Shown piece after piece: positions 1 to 12,122 of a DNA stretch of 64,000 nucleotides. The position numbers were made by a program, and so were the translations under genes. Under the pieces are notes generated by a model. That model saw only the letters and a program-made list of their open reading frames with translations. It was not told where the DNA came from and did not search any database. Positions within the stretch are counted from its first letter, which is position 1, and each line of letters opens with the position of its first letter. Origin of the DNA: Hydrogenophaga sp. (GTDB lineage: Bacteria > Pseudomonadota > Gammaproteobacteria > Burkholderiales > Burkholderiaceae_C); contig JAABQK010000005.1 in assembly GCA_011391495.1 (NCBI GenBank), positions 36,070 through 100,069 of the forward strand, in the 5' to 3' direction.

Positions 1-103
1 CCGGGCTGCCTTCGGAACAATAGATCAGCGTACCCGCAGCCTGTGCGCCCAGGGCAAAGGCCGTGAGCCCCAGCGCCAGCGTGAGTTTCTTCAGCTTCAG
101 CAT
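1..103 (-). CDS. 5' part of a dipeptide ABC transporter substrate-binding protein (DppA-like); continues beyond window start
   Basis: Own translation from ATG at 103: MLKLKKLTLALGLTAFALGAQAAGTLIYCSEGSP = signal peptide plus the TL(V/I)YCSEGSP N-terminal motif of DppA. Confidence 0.8.
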   Translation of the reverse strand, partial: MLKLKKLTLALGLTAFALGAQAAGTLIYCSEGSP

Positions 104-313
104 GTTGAATCCTTGGTTTTGCAGTGATGGCGAACTCCACCCCCGCTGTTAACAAAAAATTCATTATGCATAGAAAGGTTCACGGCTCTGTCACGGAAGC
201 ATGGAGCCACTGCCCAAAACGGAGAGCTCCACTTCGCCACGCGCTGCGCCTGCACAATCCGGGGTCCTCCGCACAACGTGCGCCGCACCAACCGATCCAC
301 ACCATCGCACGCC

Positions 314-1300
314 ATGATCCACTGGGAAGCCCACACCTGCCTGCCGCTGCACCCCGACGCCAGCTTCGCGCCGCTGGAGCGCTACCACGCGCAGGGCGTG
401 CACTACGTCAGCATCAACATCGGCATGGACATGAACCCGCTGACACAGATCCTGCCCGTGATCGCGAGCTTCCGCGCACGGCTGCTGGCACAGCCGGAGC
501 ACTACCTGATCCCGCGCACCGTTTCGGACATCGAGCACGCCCGCAACGAGGGGAAACTGGCGGTGGGTTTTGACCTGGAGGGCGCCCTGCCCCTGCTGGA
601 GCGCCCCGAAATGGTGGCGCTGTACCGCGACCTGGGCGTGCGGCAGATGCACTTTGCCTACAACCGCAACAACGCCGTGGCGGGCGGCTGCCACGACCAG
701 CCGCAGGGCCTGACCGCGCTGGGCCGCCGCATGGTGGACGCGGTGAATGACGCGGGCGTGCTGATGGACTGCGCGCACACCGAGCGCCGGACCACCTTGG
801 ACATCATGGCCCACTCGCGCCACCCGGTGGTGTTCAGCCACGCCAACCCGCTGGCACTGGCCGAGCATGGCCGCAACATCAGCGACGAGCAGATCAAGGC
901 CTGTGCCGCGACCGGTGGTGTGGTCTGCATCTCTGGTGTGTCGCGGTTTCTGGGCACCGAGTCGCCACAGGCACACGATCTGGCGCGCCACGTGGCCTAT
1001 GTGGCCAACCTGGTGGGGGCGCAGCATGTGGGCCTGGGCCTGGACATCAGCTTTCCGCAACCCGACCTGAACGACGATCCGCCAGGCGATTTTGACCCTG
1101 GCTTCTGGTGGCCCGCCAGCGCCGGCTACGGCGATGGCATCAGCCAGATGCGCTACCCGCCGATCGGGGCCTGGCAGCAGCTGCCCGATGCGCTGCAGGC
1201 CGTGGGCATGGCGCCCCATGAAGTGGATGGCGTGCTGGGCGGCAACATGGTCCGTGTGGCCCGGCAGGTCTGGAGTACCGGGGGTTCGGGGCCCGCCTGA
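314..1300 (+). CDS. Membrane/renal-type dipeptidase (peptidase M19, amidohydrolase fold)
   Basis: Motifs LEGA, GLTxLGR, MDCAH, FSHAN, RNISDEQIKA, HVGLGLD; divergent from the dppA-like gene. Confidence 0.85.
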   Translation: MIHWEAHTCLPLHPDASFAPLERYHAQGVHYVSINIGMDMNPLTQILPVIASFRARLLAQPEHYLIPRTVSDIEHARNEGKLAVGFDLEGALPLLERPEMVALYRDLGVRQMHFAYNRNNAVAGGCHDQPQGLTALGRRMVDAVNDAGVLMDCAHTERRTTLDIMAHSRHPVVFSHANPLALAEHGRNISDEQIKACAATGGVVCISGVSRFLGTESPQAHDLARHVAYVANLVGAQHVGLGLDISFPQPDLNDDPPGDFDPGFWWPASAGYGDGISQMRYPPIGAWQQLPDALQAVGMAPHEVDGVLGGNMVRVARQVWSTGGSGPA

Positions 1301-1435
1301 CCGGCCCGTCAGGTTATGCGTTTGGCGCATGACAGCATCGCAACACGGCCTTGGACAGCACACAGGGCGCTCCGTACAGTCGCGTCCGCTGGTCCCTACA
1401 AAGGACCGGCACCACCCACAAGGAACCCACGCACC

Positions 1436-2764
1436 ATGTCACAAGCACCGCAACCCGCGGGCGCCGCGGCGAACAGCCCCGCCGCCTTCACCAGCGCCCT
1501 GCCCTCGTACCTCGACCCCAACAACCTCGGCCCCTGGGGCATCTACCTGCAGCAGGTGGACCGCGTCACGCCCTACCTGGGCAACCTGGCGCGCTGGGTG
1601 GACACGCTCAAACGGCCCAAGCGTTCCCTGATCGTGGACGTGCCGATCCACCTGGACGACGGCACCATCGCGCACTTCGAGGGCTACCGGGTGCAGCACA
1701 ACACCAGCCGTGGCCCGGGCAAGGGTGGCGTGCGTTTCCACCAGAACGTGACGCTGTCGGAAGTGATGGCGCTCTCGGCCTGGATGTCGATCAAGAACGC
1801 CGCAGTGAACGTGCCCTACGGCGGTGCCAAGGGCGGCATCCGCGTCGATCCGCGCCAGCTGAGCCTGGGTGAACTGGAGCGCGTGACGCGTCGCTACACC
1901 AGCGAGATCGGCATCATCATCGGTCCGACCAAGGACATCCCGGCGCCCGACGTGAACACCAACGAGCAGATCATGGCCTGGATGATGGATACGTATTCCA
2001 TGAACGAGGGCTCCACCGCCACCGGCGTGGTCACCGGCAAGCCGGTGGACCTCGGTGGCTCGCTCGGCCGACGCGAGGCGACGGGCCGCGGCGTGTTCAC
2101 CGTGGGCTTGGAAGCCGCCAGACACACCGGCATGGACATCAGCAAGGCCCGTGTGGCCGTGCAGGGCTTTGGCAACGTGGGTGGCGTGGCTGGCAAGCTG
2201 TTTGCCGAAGCCGGCGCCAAGGTGGTGGCCGTGCAGGACCACGGTGGCACGATCTACCGCGAAGCCGGTCTGGACGTGCCGGCGCTGCTGGCACATGTGG
2301 CGCGCGCGGGCTCGGTGGCCGGCTTCCCGCAGGCCGAAGTCATCGCCAACGATGCCTTCTGGAGCGTGGGCTGCGACATCCTGATTCCCGCCGCGCTGGA
2401 GCAGCAGATCACCGAAGCCAACGCCGGCCGCATCCAGGCCAAGATGGTGATCGAAGGCGCCAACGGCCCGACCACGCCGCAGGCCGACGACATCCTGCAC
2501 GACCGCGGCATCCTGGTGCTGCCCGACGTGATCGCCAACGCGGGTGGCGTGACGGTGAGCTACTTCGAATGGGTGCAGGACTTTTCCAGCTTCTTCTGGA
2601 GCGAGGACGAGATCAACGAGCGCCTGGTGAAGATCATGAAGGGCGCGTTTGCCGCCGTATGGCAGGTGGCCGAAGAAAACAAGGTGAGCCTGCGAACCGC
2701 CACCTTCATCGTGGCCTGCAAGCGCATCCTGCATGCCCGCGATCTGCGCGGACTGTATCCCTGA
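1436..2764 (+). CDS. gdhA: Glu/Leu/Phe/Val dehydrogenase (glutamate dehydrogenase)
   Basis: [48 protein letters not shown]. Confidence 0.95.
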   Translation: MSQAPQPAGAAANSPAAFTSALPSYLDPNNLGPWGIYLQQVDRVTPYLGNLARWVDTLKRPKRSLIVDVPIHLDDGTIAHFEGYRVQHNTSRGPGKGGVRFHQNVTLSEVMALSAWMSIKNAAVNVPYGGAKGGIRVDPRQLSLGELERVTRRYTSEIGIIIGPTKDIPAPDVNTNEQIMAWMMDTYSMNEGSTATGVVTGKPVDLGGSLGRREATGRGVFTVGLEAARHTGMDISKARVAVQGFGNVGGVAGKLFAEAGAKVVAVQDHGGTIYREAGLDVPALLAHVARAGSVAGFPQAEVIANDAFWSVGCDILIPAALEQQITEANAGRIQAKMVIEGANGPTTPQADDILHDRGILVLPDVIANAGGVTVSYFEWVQDFSSFFWSEDEINERLVKIMKGAFAAVWQVAEENKVSLRTATFIVACKRILHARDLRGLYP

Positions 2765-2945
2765 CCCACCCCCGCGCCGCCTGCGGCGTGCCTGGCAGGC
2801 CGCAGCATCGCCAGAGCCGGAGCGTCTTTGGGCAGTCCAAGTCTGCGCAGGGGGTCTCTGAGCCACTGCCACTGCCCACTGCCCACTGCCCGCCCAAGGG
2901 GGCAACGGGCGCGGCACGGTCACTCCGGTTCCGAGGGCAGCCTGG
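2765..2945 (-). repeat. Hairpin repeat family copy 1, split by a ~100-bp internal insert
   Basis: 2765-2790 CCCACCCCCGCGCCGCCTGCGGCGT and 2893-2945 CCCAAGGGGGCAACG...CCGGTTCCG...CTGG match the two halves of the copy at 49054-49133. Confidence 0.7.
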
Positions 2946-2954
2946 TTGCGGCGC

Positions 2955-3425
2955 CTACTGCAGCGTTTCCTTGATTGCGGGCAACGAAGGCAGGGGCATG
3001 ACGTCGATACCTTCCTCGATCAGCTCCATCGCCACTTCCGGACTGGTGCGACCACGGATGTTGCGCTGGTCGATTTCGCCGTGGTGCATGGCACGGGCCT
3101 GATCGGCAAAGCGCTCCCCCACGTCTTCGGTATTGGCCAGCACCTGGCGCATCGCCTTGAGCAACTGGGCCTGCAACGGTGAACCCGGCGCGGGCAAACC
3201 CAACTCGACGCTACCGCCGGCCTCAGCGGGTGCCGCGGGCACCCTGTCCTCGCGACCGGCCCGCAGGTTCAGGCGCGGCGCTGAGAGCATCTTCTGGATC
3301 TGCGCGTCACCGCACAGCGGGCAACTCACCAACCCACGCGCGAGTTGGCTCGTGAAATCGTCTTCCGAACCGAACCAGCCTTCAAATTCGTGCTGGTGGG
3401 CGCATTGCAGGTTGAGGACCTTCAT
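2955..3425 (-). CDS. DUF1178 family protein
   Basis: MKVLNLQCAHQHEFEGWFGS...CPLCG...VGERFADQARAMH...IRG pattern. Confidence 0.85.
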   Translation of the reverse strand: MKVLNLQCAHQHEFEGWFGSEDDFTSQLARGLVSCPLCGDAQIQKMLSAPRLNLRAGREDRVPAAPAEAGGSVELGLPAPGSPLQAQLLKAMRQVLANTEDVGERFADQARAMHHGEIDQRNIRGRTSPEVAMELIEEGIDVMPLPSLPAIKETLQ

Positions 3426-3433
3426 GTCGTCGA

Positions 3434-4030
3434 TTATCCGGCAACCGTCTGCGAGGAAGGGTTTGTCCACTCGAGCAGCCAGTCACCGCGCTGCACGTTC
3501 TGCAGCCACAGCAGGCCGACCAGGGTCTTGCTGTCGATCACCTGGCCGCTGCGGCACCAGGCCTGCAACTCGGCCAGGCTGGCCGTGAACACATCGAGGA
3601 ACTCACCCTCGTCGAGCCGGCGCTCGCCGAGCGTGAGGCCCCGGGCAAACCAGATGTCGATGATCTCGTCGGAATAGGCGATGGTTGGCGCCAGGCGGCC
3701 GGCAAACGCCCACTCAGATGCGCGGTAGCCGGTTTCCTCCTGCAGCTCGCGTTGGGCGCAGAGCAGACTGGCCTCGCCAGCGTCCAGCTTGCCCGCGGGG
3801 AACTCGATCATCACGGCCTGCATGGGGTGGCGGAACTGCCGCTCCAGCACCACCTGCCCATCGTCCAGCAGGGCGATCACCATGACGGCACCGGGATGCA
3901 ACACGTATTCCCGCGTGGCCGCCGCACCACTGGGAAGGCGCACGGTGTCCCGCACCACATGCAGAAAGTTGCCGCGCAGGAGCTCCGTCCGTGACTCCCG
4001 GATTTCGTGCAGATGGGCGTCAGCGCTCAT
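3434..4030 (-). CDS. NUDIX hydrolase (ADP-ribose pyrophosphatase-like)
   Basis: Nudix box EFPAGKLDAGEASLLCAQRELQEETGY; typical position after nuoN. Confidence 0.9.
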   Translation of the reverse strand: MSADAHLHEIRESRTELLRGNFLHVVRDTVRLPSGAAATREYVLHPGAVMVIALLDDGQVVLERQFRHPMQAVMIEFPAGKLDAGEASLLCAQRELQEETGYRASEWAFAGRLAPTIAYSDEIIDIWFARGLTLGERRLDEGEFLDVFTASLAELQAWCRSGQVIDSKTLVGLLWLQNVQRGDWLLEWTNPSSQTVAG

Positions 4031-4053
4031 CGATGTACCCATCAGACCGGCAC

Positions 4054-4356
4054 TCAGCCACGCCGCTTGAACAGATAGCGGTAAACAAAGCCGGGGAAAG
4101 CGAGCGTCAGGAACACCGTGGCGGTGGTGGCGTAGAACTCCCAGCCCTGGGGATAGATCTGGCCAGCCGATTGCTCCAGCGCCAGGCCCAATGCGCCCAC
4201 CAGGAAGTAACACAGCAGCAATTCGGCCGCCCGCATCCAGAGCGTCTTGGGCGCGCTGCGCGGAATCACGGCCAGCCAGCGGTCATTGAAAAACGGCAGA
4301 TTGGCAGCGATCAGGGATGCCAGCAGCACCAGCCAGACAGAAGAAGTGTGGGTCAT
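4054..4356 (-). CDS. DUF2818 family membrane protein
   Basis: AANLPF...QGWEFY...FPGFVYRYL; typical position after nuoN in Betaproteobacteria. Confidence 0.8.
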   Translation of the reverse strand: MTHTSSVWLVLLASLIAANLPFFNDRWLAVIPRSAPKTLWMRAAELLLCYFLVGALGLALEQSAGQIYPQGWEFYATTATVFLTLAFPGFVYRYLFKRRG

Positions 4357-4415
4357 AGTGGAAATGTGACCCGGCCCTGGCCGGTGAAGTTCACGTGCGC
4401 GGAAGCGGACAATCG

Positions 4416-5912
4416 TCAGGCGAGCAGCTGGGTGATGGCCTGGGCGCACAGGGTCATCAGGCCACCGGGCACGATGCCCAGCACCAGGACCAGGGCGCCA
4501 TTGAGGGTGAGGACCGAGCGCACATCGATCCCGGCGTCGATGCCGGCGTTCTGGGTCGGCGCGTCGAAGTACATAACCTTGACCAGACGCAGGTAGTAGA
4601 AAGCGCCGATCAGCGACATCAGCACCGCAAACACCGCCAGACCGATGTAGAACGAACCGCTGGAGGCCAGCAGGGCCTGCAGCACCGAGAGCTTGGCGTA
4701 GAAACCCACCAGCGGCGGCACCCCGGCCAGCGAGAACATGCACACCGCCATCACACCGGCGTACAGGGGACTGCGCTGGTTCAGGCCGGCCAGGTCGCCG
4801 ATGTTTTCCGACTCGAAACCGCTGCGCGACAGCAGCAGGATGACGCCAAAGGTGCCGAGCGTGGTGAGCACATAGGTGACCACGTAGAACATGGACGATC
4901 CGTAGGCGTTCGCGGCATTGCTGCTGTCTCCCGACACCACGCCGGCCAGAAGCCCCAGCAGCATGAACCCCATCTGCGCGATGGTGGAGAAGGCCAGCAT
5001 GCGCTTGAGGTTGGTCTGAGCGATCGCCGCCAGGTTGCCCAGCAGGATGGACATGACCGCCAGCACCGCCAGCATCTGCTGCCAGTCAACCGCCAGCGGC
5101 ATCAAACCCTCGACCAGCAGACGGATGACGATGGCAAACGCAGCCAGCTTGGGCGCACCACCAATCATCAGCGTCACGGCGGTGGGCGCGCCGTGGTAGA
5201 CGTCGGGCACCCACATGTGAAAAGGCACCACGCCGAGCTTGAATGCCAGGCCGGCGACCACGAAGACCAGGCCGAGCGTCAGCACCTGGGGCGAGCCCTT
5301 GAGCGTGGCCTCACCCCCGGCAATGGCCTTCATCACCTCGGCCAGATCCAGCGAGCCGGTGGCACCGTACACCATGGACAGGCCGTAGAGCAGAAAACCG
5401 CTGGCGAGCGCGCCGAGCACGAAATATTTCATGGCGGCTTCGATCGCCTGGAGGTCGTCACGGCGCAGGGCGACCAGCGCATAGCTGGAGAGCGTCAGCA
5501 ACTCCAGACCCAGATAGATGACCAGGAAATTGTGCCCGGAGATCATGACGAACATGCCCAGAAGCGCGAGCAAGCCCAGCGTGAACAACTCGCCACCACG
5601 CAGCATGTCGCGTGCGCCGGCGTAGGCACGCCCATAGACCAGCGTGACCATCATGGCCAGCGCAGCGAAACACTTGAGCCAGTTGCCCATGGGGTCACTC
5701 ACCACCATGCCGCCAAAGGCCAGCGTGGTTTCGCCGGAACTCGCGTACAGGCCCTGCAGCAGGGCCACGGCGGCCAGGGTGAGCAGGGTCAGCACGTAGG
5801 TGATGCCGCGCAGCGCCGTCTTCACCCCGAGATCGACCAGCGCAATCACGCAGGTCATCACCAGCAACAGAATTTCCGGGTAAGCCGCGACCCAGCTGAG
5901 GTTGTCAATCAT
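4416..5912 (-). CDS. nuoN: NADH-quinone oxidoreductase subunit N
   Basis: [26 protein letters not shown]; operon order. Confidence 0.97.
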   Translation of the reverse strand: MIDNLSWVAAYPEILLLVMTCVIALVDLGVKTALRGITYVLTLLTLAAVALLQGLYASSGETTLAFGGMVVSDPMGNWLKCFAALAMMVTLVYGRAYAGARDMLRGGELFTLGLLALLGMFVMISGHNFLVIYLGLELLTLSSYALVALRRDDLQAIEAAMKYFVLGALASGFLLYGLSMVYGATGSLDLAEVMKAIAGGEATLKGSPQVLTLGLVFVVAGLAFKLGVVPFHMWVPDVYHGAPTAVTLMIGGAPKLAAFAIVIRLLVEGLMPLAVDWQQMLAVLAVMSILLGNLAAIAQTNLKRMLAFSTIAQMGFMLLGLLAGVVSGDSSNAANAYGSSMFYVVTYVLTTLGTFGVILLLSRSGFESENIGDLAGLNQRSPLYAGVMAVCMFSLAGVPPLVGFYAKLSVLQALLASSGSFYIGLAVFAVLMSLIGAFYYLRLVKVMYFDAPTQNAGIDAGIDVRSVLTLNGALVLVLGIVPGGLMTLCAQAITQLLA

Positions 5913-5940
5913 GTGAACGTTCTCTTGTTTCTTGGCTGGC

Positions 5941-7416
5941 TCAGTTCAACTTGGAGATGGCGACATGGCGCAGCAGCTCCGCCACCGAGGCGTCCATCAC
6001 GTCGGTGAAAGGTTTGGGATGGATGCCCATGTACAGCACCATGATGGCCAGCACGGCCATGACCAGGAATTCGCGGGCATTGATGTCGAGCAGCGCCTTG
6101 ACGTTCTGATTGCCCACGGGGCCCAGGTAGACGCGCTTGAACATCCAGAGTGAGTAGGCTGCGCCGAAGATCAGGGCTGTGGCAGCCGCCGCGCCGATCC
6201 AGAAGTTGGCTTTCACCGCCGCCAGGATCACCATCCATTCGCCGACAAACCCGGCGGTGCCCGGCAGGCCACAGTTGGCCATCACAAACAGCAGCGCGAA
6301 GGCGGAGAAATTGGGCATGGTGTTGACGACACCGCCGTAGTCGGCGATCTCTCGCGAGTGCACCCGGTCGTACAGCACGCCGATCGCGAGGAACATGGCG
6401 GCCGACACGAAGCCGTGGGCGATCATCTGCACGATGCCGCCCGACACGCCGAGGTCGCTGAACACAAAAAAGCCCAGCGTGACGAATCCCATGTGCGCGA
6501 CCGACGAATACGCCACCAGCTTCTTCATGTCCTGCTGCACCATGGCCACGAGACCGACGTACACCACGGCCACCAGCGACAAGGCAATCATCAACCATGC
6601 CCATTCGTGCGAGGCGTCGGGCAGGATCGGCAGAGAGAAGCGCAGGAAACCGTAGGCCCCCAGCTTCAGCATGATGGCCGCCAGCACGGCCGAGCCACCG
6701 GTGGGCGCCTCGACGTGCACGTCGGGCAGCCAGGTGTGCACCGGCCACATCGGCACCTTGACCGCGAAGGCAGCGAAGAAGGCAAAGAACAGCAGGGTCT
6801 GCGCCGAGCTGCCCAGCGGCAGCCTGTGCCAGGTGGCCAGGTCAAAGCTGCCGCCCGACTGCGTGTAGAGGTAGATCAGCGCCACCAGCATCAGCAGCGA
6901 GCCCAGCAAGGTGTAGAGGAAGAACTTGAACGCAGCGTAGATCTTGTTCGGCCCGCCCCATATGCCGATGATGAGGTACATCGGAATCAGCGTCGCCTCG
7001 AAGAAGACGTAGAACAGCATCGCGTCCAGCGCGCTGAAGACGCCAATCATCAGACCGGAGAGGATCAGGAACGCGCCCATGTACTGGTTCACGCGGGTCG
7101 TGATGGTTGCCCAGCTGGCGATGACCACCACCACGTTGATGAAGGCGGTCAGCAGCACCAGCCAGAGCGAGATGCCGTCCACCCCGAGGTGGTAGTGCAC
7201 GTTGAAACGCTCGATCCACACGCTCTTCTCGACGAACTGCATGGCGGCCGTGCCGATTTCGAAGCCGCTGTACAGCGGCACGGTAACGGCCAGTCCCGCC
7301 ACTGCACCGACCAGCGCAATCCAGCGCACCATCGTCGCCTGTTCATCGCGGCCCAGGGCCAGCAGCACGACACCAAAGAAAACCGGTGTCCAGATCGCAA
7401 GGCTCAGCAAACCCAT
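5941..7416 (-). CDS. nuoM: NADH-quinone oxidoreductase subunit M
   Basis: [21 protein letters not shown]; operon order. Confidence 0.97.
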   Translation of the reverse strand: MGLLSLAIWTPVFFGVVLLALGRDEQATMVRWIALVGAVAGLAVTVPLYSGFEIGTAAMQFVEKSVWIERFNVHYHLGVDGISLWLVLLTAFINVVVVIASWATITTRVNQYMGAFLILSGLMIGVFSALDAMLFYVFFEATLIPMYLIIGIWGGPNKIYAAFKFFLYTLLGSLLMLVALIYLYTQSGGSFDLATWHRLPLGSSAQTLLFFAFFAAFAVKVPMWPVHTWLPDVHVEAPTGGSAVLAAIMLKLGAYGFLRFSLPILPDASHEWAWLMIALSLVAVVYVGLVAMVQQDMKKLVAYSSVAHMGFVTLGFFVFSDLGVSGGIVQMIAHGFVSAAMFLAIGVLYDRVHSREIADYGGVVNTMPNFSAFALLFVMANCGLPGTAGFVGEWMVILAAVKANFWIGAAAATALIFGAAYSLWMFKRVYLGPVGNQNVKALLDINAREFLVMAVLAIMVLYMGIHPKPFTDVMDASVAELLRHVAISKLN

Positions 7417-7429
7417 CTTGTTCTTCCTC

Positions 7430-9457
7430 TTATTTGGCGAGCCACACGAAGTACGTCATGAACAGCAGCACACCCACGATCATCATGAGCGCGTAGTGGT
7501 ACAGGTAACCGGACTGGGCCTGGCGCACGACCGAGGACACCGCGCCCACCAGTTTCCAGCTGGCATTGACCACACCACCCTCGATCACACCCCGATCTCC
7601 TCCCTTCCACAGACCGGTGCCCAGCGCACGTGCGCCACGGGCAAGCACGTTCTCGTTGAACCAGTCGAGGTAGTACTTGTTTTCCAGCAAGGTCACGATC
7701 GGCTTGAGCGCACGGCCGATGGCCGCCGGCACGGCCGGGTTGACGAGGTACATGTACCAGGCGCTCACGGCGCCAGCGAGCGCCAGGTAGAACGGTGCGG
7801 TGGAGAACGCATGCAGCGCCATGGCCAGCGGGCCGTGGAACTCCTCGGCAAACTTCGCCAGCGCCGGATGCAGTGCGGCGTTGATGTGGATCGCGTCCTT
7901 GAGGAAGTCGCCAAACAGCATGGGCTGAATCGTCATGAAACCGATCACCACCGACGGGATCGCCAGCAACAGCAGCGGTACGGTCACCACCCAGGGCGTC
8001 TCGTGCGGTTTGGCGGCTCCATGTCCGTGGTCGTCGTGGTGGTCGTCATGACCGTGGTGTGCGTCCGGGTTCTGGTCATAGCGCTCCTTGCCATGGAACA
8101 CCAGGAAATAGAGCCGGAACGAATAGAACGAGGTCACGAACACACCGGCCAGCACCGCGAAGTAGGCGAAACCCGAAGCCGGCAGGTTGCTGAAGTGCAC
8201 CGCCTCGATGATGCTGTCCTTGGAATAGAAACCGGCAAAAAGCGGCGTGCCGATCAGCGCCAGCGTGCCCAGCAGCGAGGTGATCCAGGTGATGGGCATG
8301 TACTTGCGCACGCCACCCATCCAGCGGATGTCCTGGTTGTGGTGCATGCCGATGATCACCGAGCCTGCCGCGAGGAACAGCAGCGCCTTGAAGAAGGCGT
8401 GGGTCATGAGGTGGAACACGGCCACCGAGTAGGCCGAGGCACCGAGCGCGACCGTCATGTAGCCCAGCTGCGAGAGCGTGGAGTAGGCCACCACGCGCTT
8501 GATGTCGTTCTGGATGATGCCGAGGAAACCCATGAACAGGGCCGTGATGGCGCCGATCACCATGATGAAGTTGAGCGCGGTGTCCGAGAGCTCGAACAGC
8601 GGCGACATGCGCGCGACCATGAAGATGCCGGCCGTCACCATGGTGGCGGCGTGGATCAGCGCCGAAATCGGCGTCGGGCCTTCCATCGAGTCCGGCAGCC
8701 AGACATGCAGCGGGAACTGGGCCGACTTGCCCATGGCGCCGATGAACAGGCAGATGCAGATCACGGTGATCAGCATCCAGTCGGTCCCCGGAAAGCCCAG
8801 GCCCCCGAGCTCACCCGCCTTGGCGAACACCTCGGTGTAGTTCAGGGTACCGGCGTAGGCCACGATCAGGCCGATGCCGAGGATGAAACCGAAGTCGCCC
8901 ACGCGGTTGACCAGAAAGGCCTTCATGTTGGCGAAGATGGCCGTCGGCTTGTTGAACCAGAAACCGATCAGCAGGTAGGACACCAGCCCCACCGCTTCCC
9001 AGCCAAAGAACAGCTGCAGCAGGTTGTTGCTCATCACCAGCATCAGCATGGAGAAGGTGAAGAGCGAGATGTAGGCGAAGAAGCGGTTGTAGCCGGCGTC
9101 CTCTTCCATGTAGCCGATGGTGTAGATGTGCACCATCAGCGACACAAAGGTGACCACGCACATCATCATCGCGGTCAGGCCATCGACCATGAAGCCGATT
9201 TCCATCTTCAGGCCGCCAACCACCATCCATTCGTAGATGGTCTCGTTGAAGCGTGCGCCATCGACCGCCACGCTCTTGAGCGTCATGGCCGACAGGACGA
9301 AGGCGATCAGCACGCCCAGGATCGTGAGCGTGTGCGAGGTCCGGCGGCCGATGACGTTGCCACCAAAGGTGGTGCCCAGGACGCCGGCCAGGATGGCGCC
9401 CGCCAGCGGGGCGAGCGGTACGGCCAGGAGGGTGCTTGCAGAAAGGGTGGTGCTCAT
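7430..9457 (-). CDS. nuoL: NADH-quinone oxidoreductase subunit L
   Basis: GKSAQFPLHVWLPDSMEGPTPISALIHAATMV. Confidence 0.97.
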   Translation of the reverse strand: MSTTLSASTLLAVPLAPLAGAILAGVLGTTFGGNVIGRRTSHTLTILGVLIAFVLSAMTLKSVAVDGARFNETIYEWMVVGGLKMEIGFMVDGLTAMMMCVVTFVSLMVHIYTIGYMEEDAGYNRFFAYISLFTFSMLMLVMSNNLLQLFFGWEAVGLVSYLLIGFWFNKPTAIFANMKAFLVNRVGDFGFILGIGLIVAYAGTLNYTEVFAKAGELGGLGFPGTDWMLITVICICLFIGAMGKSAQFPLHVWLPDSMEGPTPISALIHAATMVTAGIFMVARMSPLFELSDTALNFIMVIGAITALFMGFLGIIQNDIKRVVAYSTLSQLGYMTVALGASAYSVAVFHLMTHAFFKALLFLAAGSVIIGMHHNQDIRWMGGVRKYMPITWITSLLGTLALIGTPLFAGFYSKDSIIEAVHFSNLPASGFAYFAVLAGVFVTSFYSFRLYFLVFHGKERYDQNPDAHHGHDDHHDDHGHGAAKPHETPWVVTVPLLLLAIPSVVIGFMTIQPMLFGDFLKDAIHINAALHPALAKFAEEFHGPLAMALHAFSTAPFYLALAGAVSAWYMYLVNPAVPAAIGRALKPIVTLLENKYYLDWFNENVLARGARALGTGLWKGGDRGVIEGGVVNASWKLVGAVSSVVRQAQSGYLYHYALMMIVGVLLFMTYFVWLAK

Positions 9458-9485
9458 GGTGTTCTTGCCTGTTGGGGTCCGAGCT

Positions 9486-9803
9486 TCAACCCTTGAGGGT
9501 GTTGAGTTCTTCGACGCTGATGGACGACCTGGCGCGGAACAGCAGCACCAAAATCGCCAGGCCGATGGCCGATTCGGCCGCAGCGACCGTCAGGATGAAG
9601 AACACGAAGACCTGACCGTGCATGTCACCCAGAAAATGGGAAAAGGCCACGAAGTTCATGTTGACGGCCAGCAGCATCAGCTCGATGGCCATCAGCAGAA
9701 CGATCAGGTTCTTGCGGTTGAGGAAGATGCCCACCACCGACAGCGCAAACAGGACCGCACCCACGGAGAGGAAGTGCCCCAAGGTCAGACTGGTCAGGTT
9801 CAT
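9486..9803 (-). CDS. nuoK: NADH-quinone oxidoreductase subunit K
   Basis: [21 protein letters not shown]. Confidence 0.96.
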   Translation of the reverse strand: MNLTSLTLGHFLSVGAVLFALSVVGIFLNRKNLIVLLMAIELMLLAVNMNFVAFSHFLGDMHGQVFVFFILTVAAAESAIGLAILVLLFRARSSISVEELNTLKG

Positions 9804-10444
9804 GCTTTCACCTCGTCGGCTGCGGCTGCTGCCGGGGCAGGCGCGGATTTTTGGGTGGCGGCCATCGGCAGCACCACCAGTCGGTCACTTGCGCGGACCT
9901 GCACCTGCAGCCCCGGGTTGATGGCCTTGCTGTCTTTGCGTTTGCGCAGCGTCAGGGCAATGGCGGCAATCATCGCCACCAGCAGGATGACGGCAGCCAC
10001 TTCAATCGGATACAGGTATTCCGAATACAGCAGCTGACCCAGCGCCTTGGTGTTGGAGGGGCTGTCCGCCACAGCGGCAGCGGCCTGTCCGGTCAGGGTC
10101 GGGAAGCCGACCCACAGCACCGCCATGATCTCGGCGGCCACAAGTCCGCCCAGCACCGCAGCGAGCGGGAAGTTCTGCCAGAAGCCCCAGCGGTCACCGT
10201 CCAGTTTGATGTCCAGCATCATGACCACGAACAGGAACAGCACCATGACCGCCCCGAGGTACACCAGCACCAGGGTCAGACCGAGGAACTCCGCCTTCAG
10301 CAGCAGCCACAGGGCCGCGGCCTGCGAGAAAGCCAGCATCAGGTAGAGCACTGCGTGCACAGGGTTGCGCGCGGTGACCACGCGGTACGCTGCAAACAGC
10401 AGCACGGCCGCGAACAGATAAAAAAAGCCGGTCTGGTAGTCCAT
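9800..10444 (-). CDS. nuoJ: NADH-quinone oxidoreductase subunit J
   Basis: [24 protein letters not shown]. Confidence 0.96.
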   Translation of the reverse strand: MDYQTGFFYLFAAVLLFAAYRVVTARNPVHAVLYLMLAFSQAAALWLLLKAEFLGLTLVLVYLGAVMVLFLFVVMMLDIKLDGDRWGFWQNFPLAAVLGGLVAAEIMAVLWVGFPTLTGQAAAAVADSPSNTKALGQLLYSEYLYPIEVAAVILLVAMIAAIALTLRKRKDSKAINPGLQVQVRASDRLVVLPMAATQKSAPAPAAAAADEVKA

Positions 10445-10487
10445 GGAATGGTTCTTCGGTCTTGGGGCAGCCCAGGGTCAGCAACAA

Positions 10488-11024
10488 TCAGCGGTAGGGG
10501 GCGTCGGCCGCCCTGGCTGCAGCAATCTCGGTCTCGTAGCGATCGCCAACGGCCAGCAGCATTTCTTTGGTGAAGTACAGGTCACCACGCTTCTCGCCGT
10601 GGTATTCGAGGATGTGGGTCTCGACGATCGCATCCACCGGGCAGGCCTCTTCGCAGAAACCGCAGAAGATGCACTTGGTCAGGTCGATGTCGTAGCGGGT
10701 GGTACGGCGCGTGCCGTCGTCGCGGACATCGGACTCGATCGTGATCGCCATCGCCGGGCATACCGCTTCGCACAGCTTGCAGGCAATGCAGCGCTCTTCG
10801 CCGTTCTCATACCGGCGCTGGGCGTGCAGGCCGCGGAAACGGGGCGAAAGCGGGGTCTTCTCCTCCGGAAACTGCACCGTCACCTTGCGACGGAAGGCGT
10901 AGCGACCGGTCAGCACCATGCCCTTGACCAGCTCGACCAGCAGGAAACTCTTGAAGAAATCACGGAAAGAAAACGGTGCCACAACGTCGGTGGTGACGGC
11001 AGCGGAGGCGGAGGAGGTGGACAT
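10488..11024 (-). CDS. nuoI: NADH-quinone oxidoreductase subunit I
   Basis: Two 4Fe-4S motifs [12 protein letters not shown] and [12 protein letters not shown]. Confidence 0.97.
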   Translation of the reverse strand: MSTSSASAAVTTDVVAPFSFRDFFKSFLLVELVKGMVLTGRYAFRRKVTVQFPEEKTPLSPRFRGLHAQRRYENGEERCIACKLCEAVCPAMAITIESDVRDDGTRRTTRYDIDLTKCIFCGFCEEACPVDAIVETHILEYHGEKRGDLYFTKEMLLAVGDRYETEIAAARAADAPYR

Positions 11025-11039
11025 GCTGATTCGCCCTGC

Positions 11040-12122
11040 TTATTTCCAGAGGTTCCACGAGGTCTGCATCAGGCCGCCGACAAGCAGCAACCAGATCAGG
11101 GTCACGGGAATGAAAATCTTCCAGCCCAGACGCATGATCTGGTCGTAACGGAAGCGCGGGAAGGTGGCCCGGATCCAGATGAACATGGAGACCACCACAA
11201 AGGTCTTGAGGCCGAGCCAGATCCAGCCCGGAATCCAGTTGAACAGCGCACTGTCAATCGGCGGCAACCAGCCGCCCAGGAACATCAGCACCGCCAGGAT
11301 GGACACCAGCCACATGCTGGCGTATTCGGCCAGGAAGAAGATGGCAAAACCCATGCCCGAGTACTCGACCATGTGTCCGGCCACGATCTCGGCCTCCCCT
11401 TCCACCACGTCGAACGGATGGCGGTTGGTCTCGGCCACACCCGAGATCAGGTAGACCATGAAAATGGGCAGCAACGGCAACCAGTTCCAAGACAGGAAGT
11501 TCAGCCCCATCTCGGCGCCCATGCCACGCGACTGGGAAGCGACGATCTCGCCCAGGTGCAGGCTGCCGGCCGTCATCACGACCACCAGGAAACAAAAGCC
11601 GATGGCGATCTCGTAGCTCACCATCTGGGCCGAGGCGCGCAAGGCCCCCAGAAAGGCATACTTGGAATTGGATGCCCAGCCCGCAATGATCACGCCATAG
11701 ACCTCAATCGACGTGATGGCCAGAATCACCAGCAAACCTGCATTCACATTGGCCAGAATGGCATCCGGACCGAAGGGCACCGCGACCCAGGCCGCCAGCG
11801 CCGGCATGATCGCCATGATGGGGCCGAGGCGGAACAGCCCCGGACTTGCGGCACTGGGACTGATGATTTCCTTGGTCAGCAGCTTGATCGCATCGGCGAT
11901 CGGCTGCAGGAGACCGAAGGGCCCGACCCGGTTGGGACCGAGGCGCACCTGCATGAAACCCAGGAGTTTGCGCTCCCAGAGCGTGAGATAGGCCACGGCA
12001 CCCATCAGCGGCGCCAGCACGGCCACGATCTTGATCAGGCTCCAGATGACGGGCCATGCGGCGGTGGTCCACCACCCGGCCTGGATGAGGCCGAGTCCCC
12101 CGTTGTACATCGCGTCGATCAT
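11040..12122 (-). CDS. nuoH: NADH-quinone oxidoreductase subunit H
   Basis: ERK...GPNRVG...[18 protein letters not shown]; ATG at 12122 overlaps the nuoG stop (ATGA). Confidence 0.95.
   Translation of the reverse strand: MIDAMYNGGLGLIQAGWWTTAAWPVIWSLIKIVAVLAPLMGAVAYLTLWERKLLGFMQVRLGPNRVGPFGLLQPIADAIKLLTKEIISPSAASPGLFRLGPIMAIMPALAAWVAVPFGPDAILANVNAGLLVILAITSIEVYGVIIAGWASNSKYAFLGALRASAQMVSYEIAIGFCFLVVVMTAGSLHLGEIVASQSRGMGAEMGLNFLSWNWLPLLPIFMVYLISGVAETNRHPFDVVEGEAEIVAGHMVEYSGMGFAIFFLAEYASMWLVSILAVLMFLGGWLPPIDSALFNWIPGWIWLGLKTFVVVSMFIWIRATFPRFRYDQIMRLGWKIFIPVTLIWLLLVGGLMQTSWNLWK

Noticed and set aside
104-313. AT-rich patch between the dppA-like and dipeptidase genes
   Set aside because: Consistent with an ordinary divergent promoter region. 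No specific operator can be supported.
8015-8065. GTG/GTC-rich quasi-repeat in nuoL
   Set aside because: It encodes the usual His/Asp-rich loop of NuoL.
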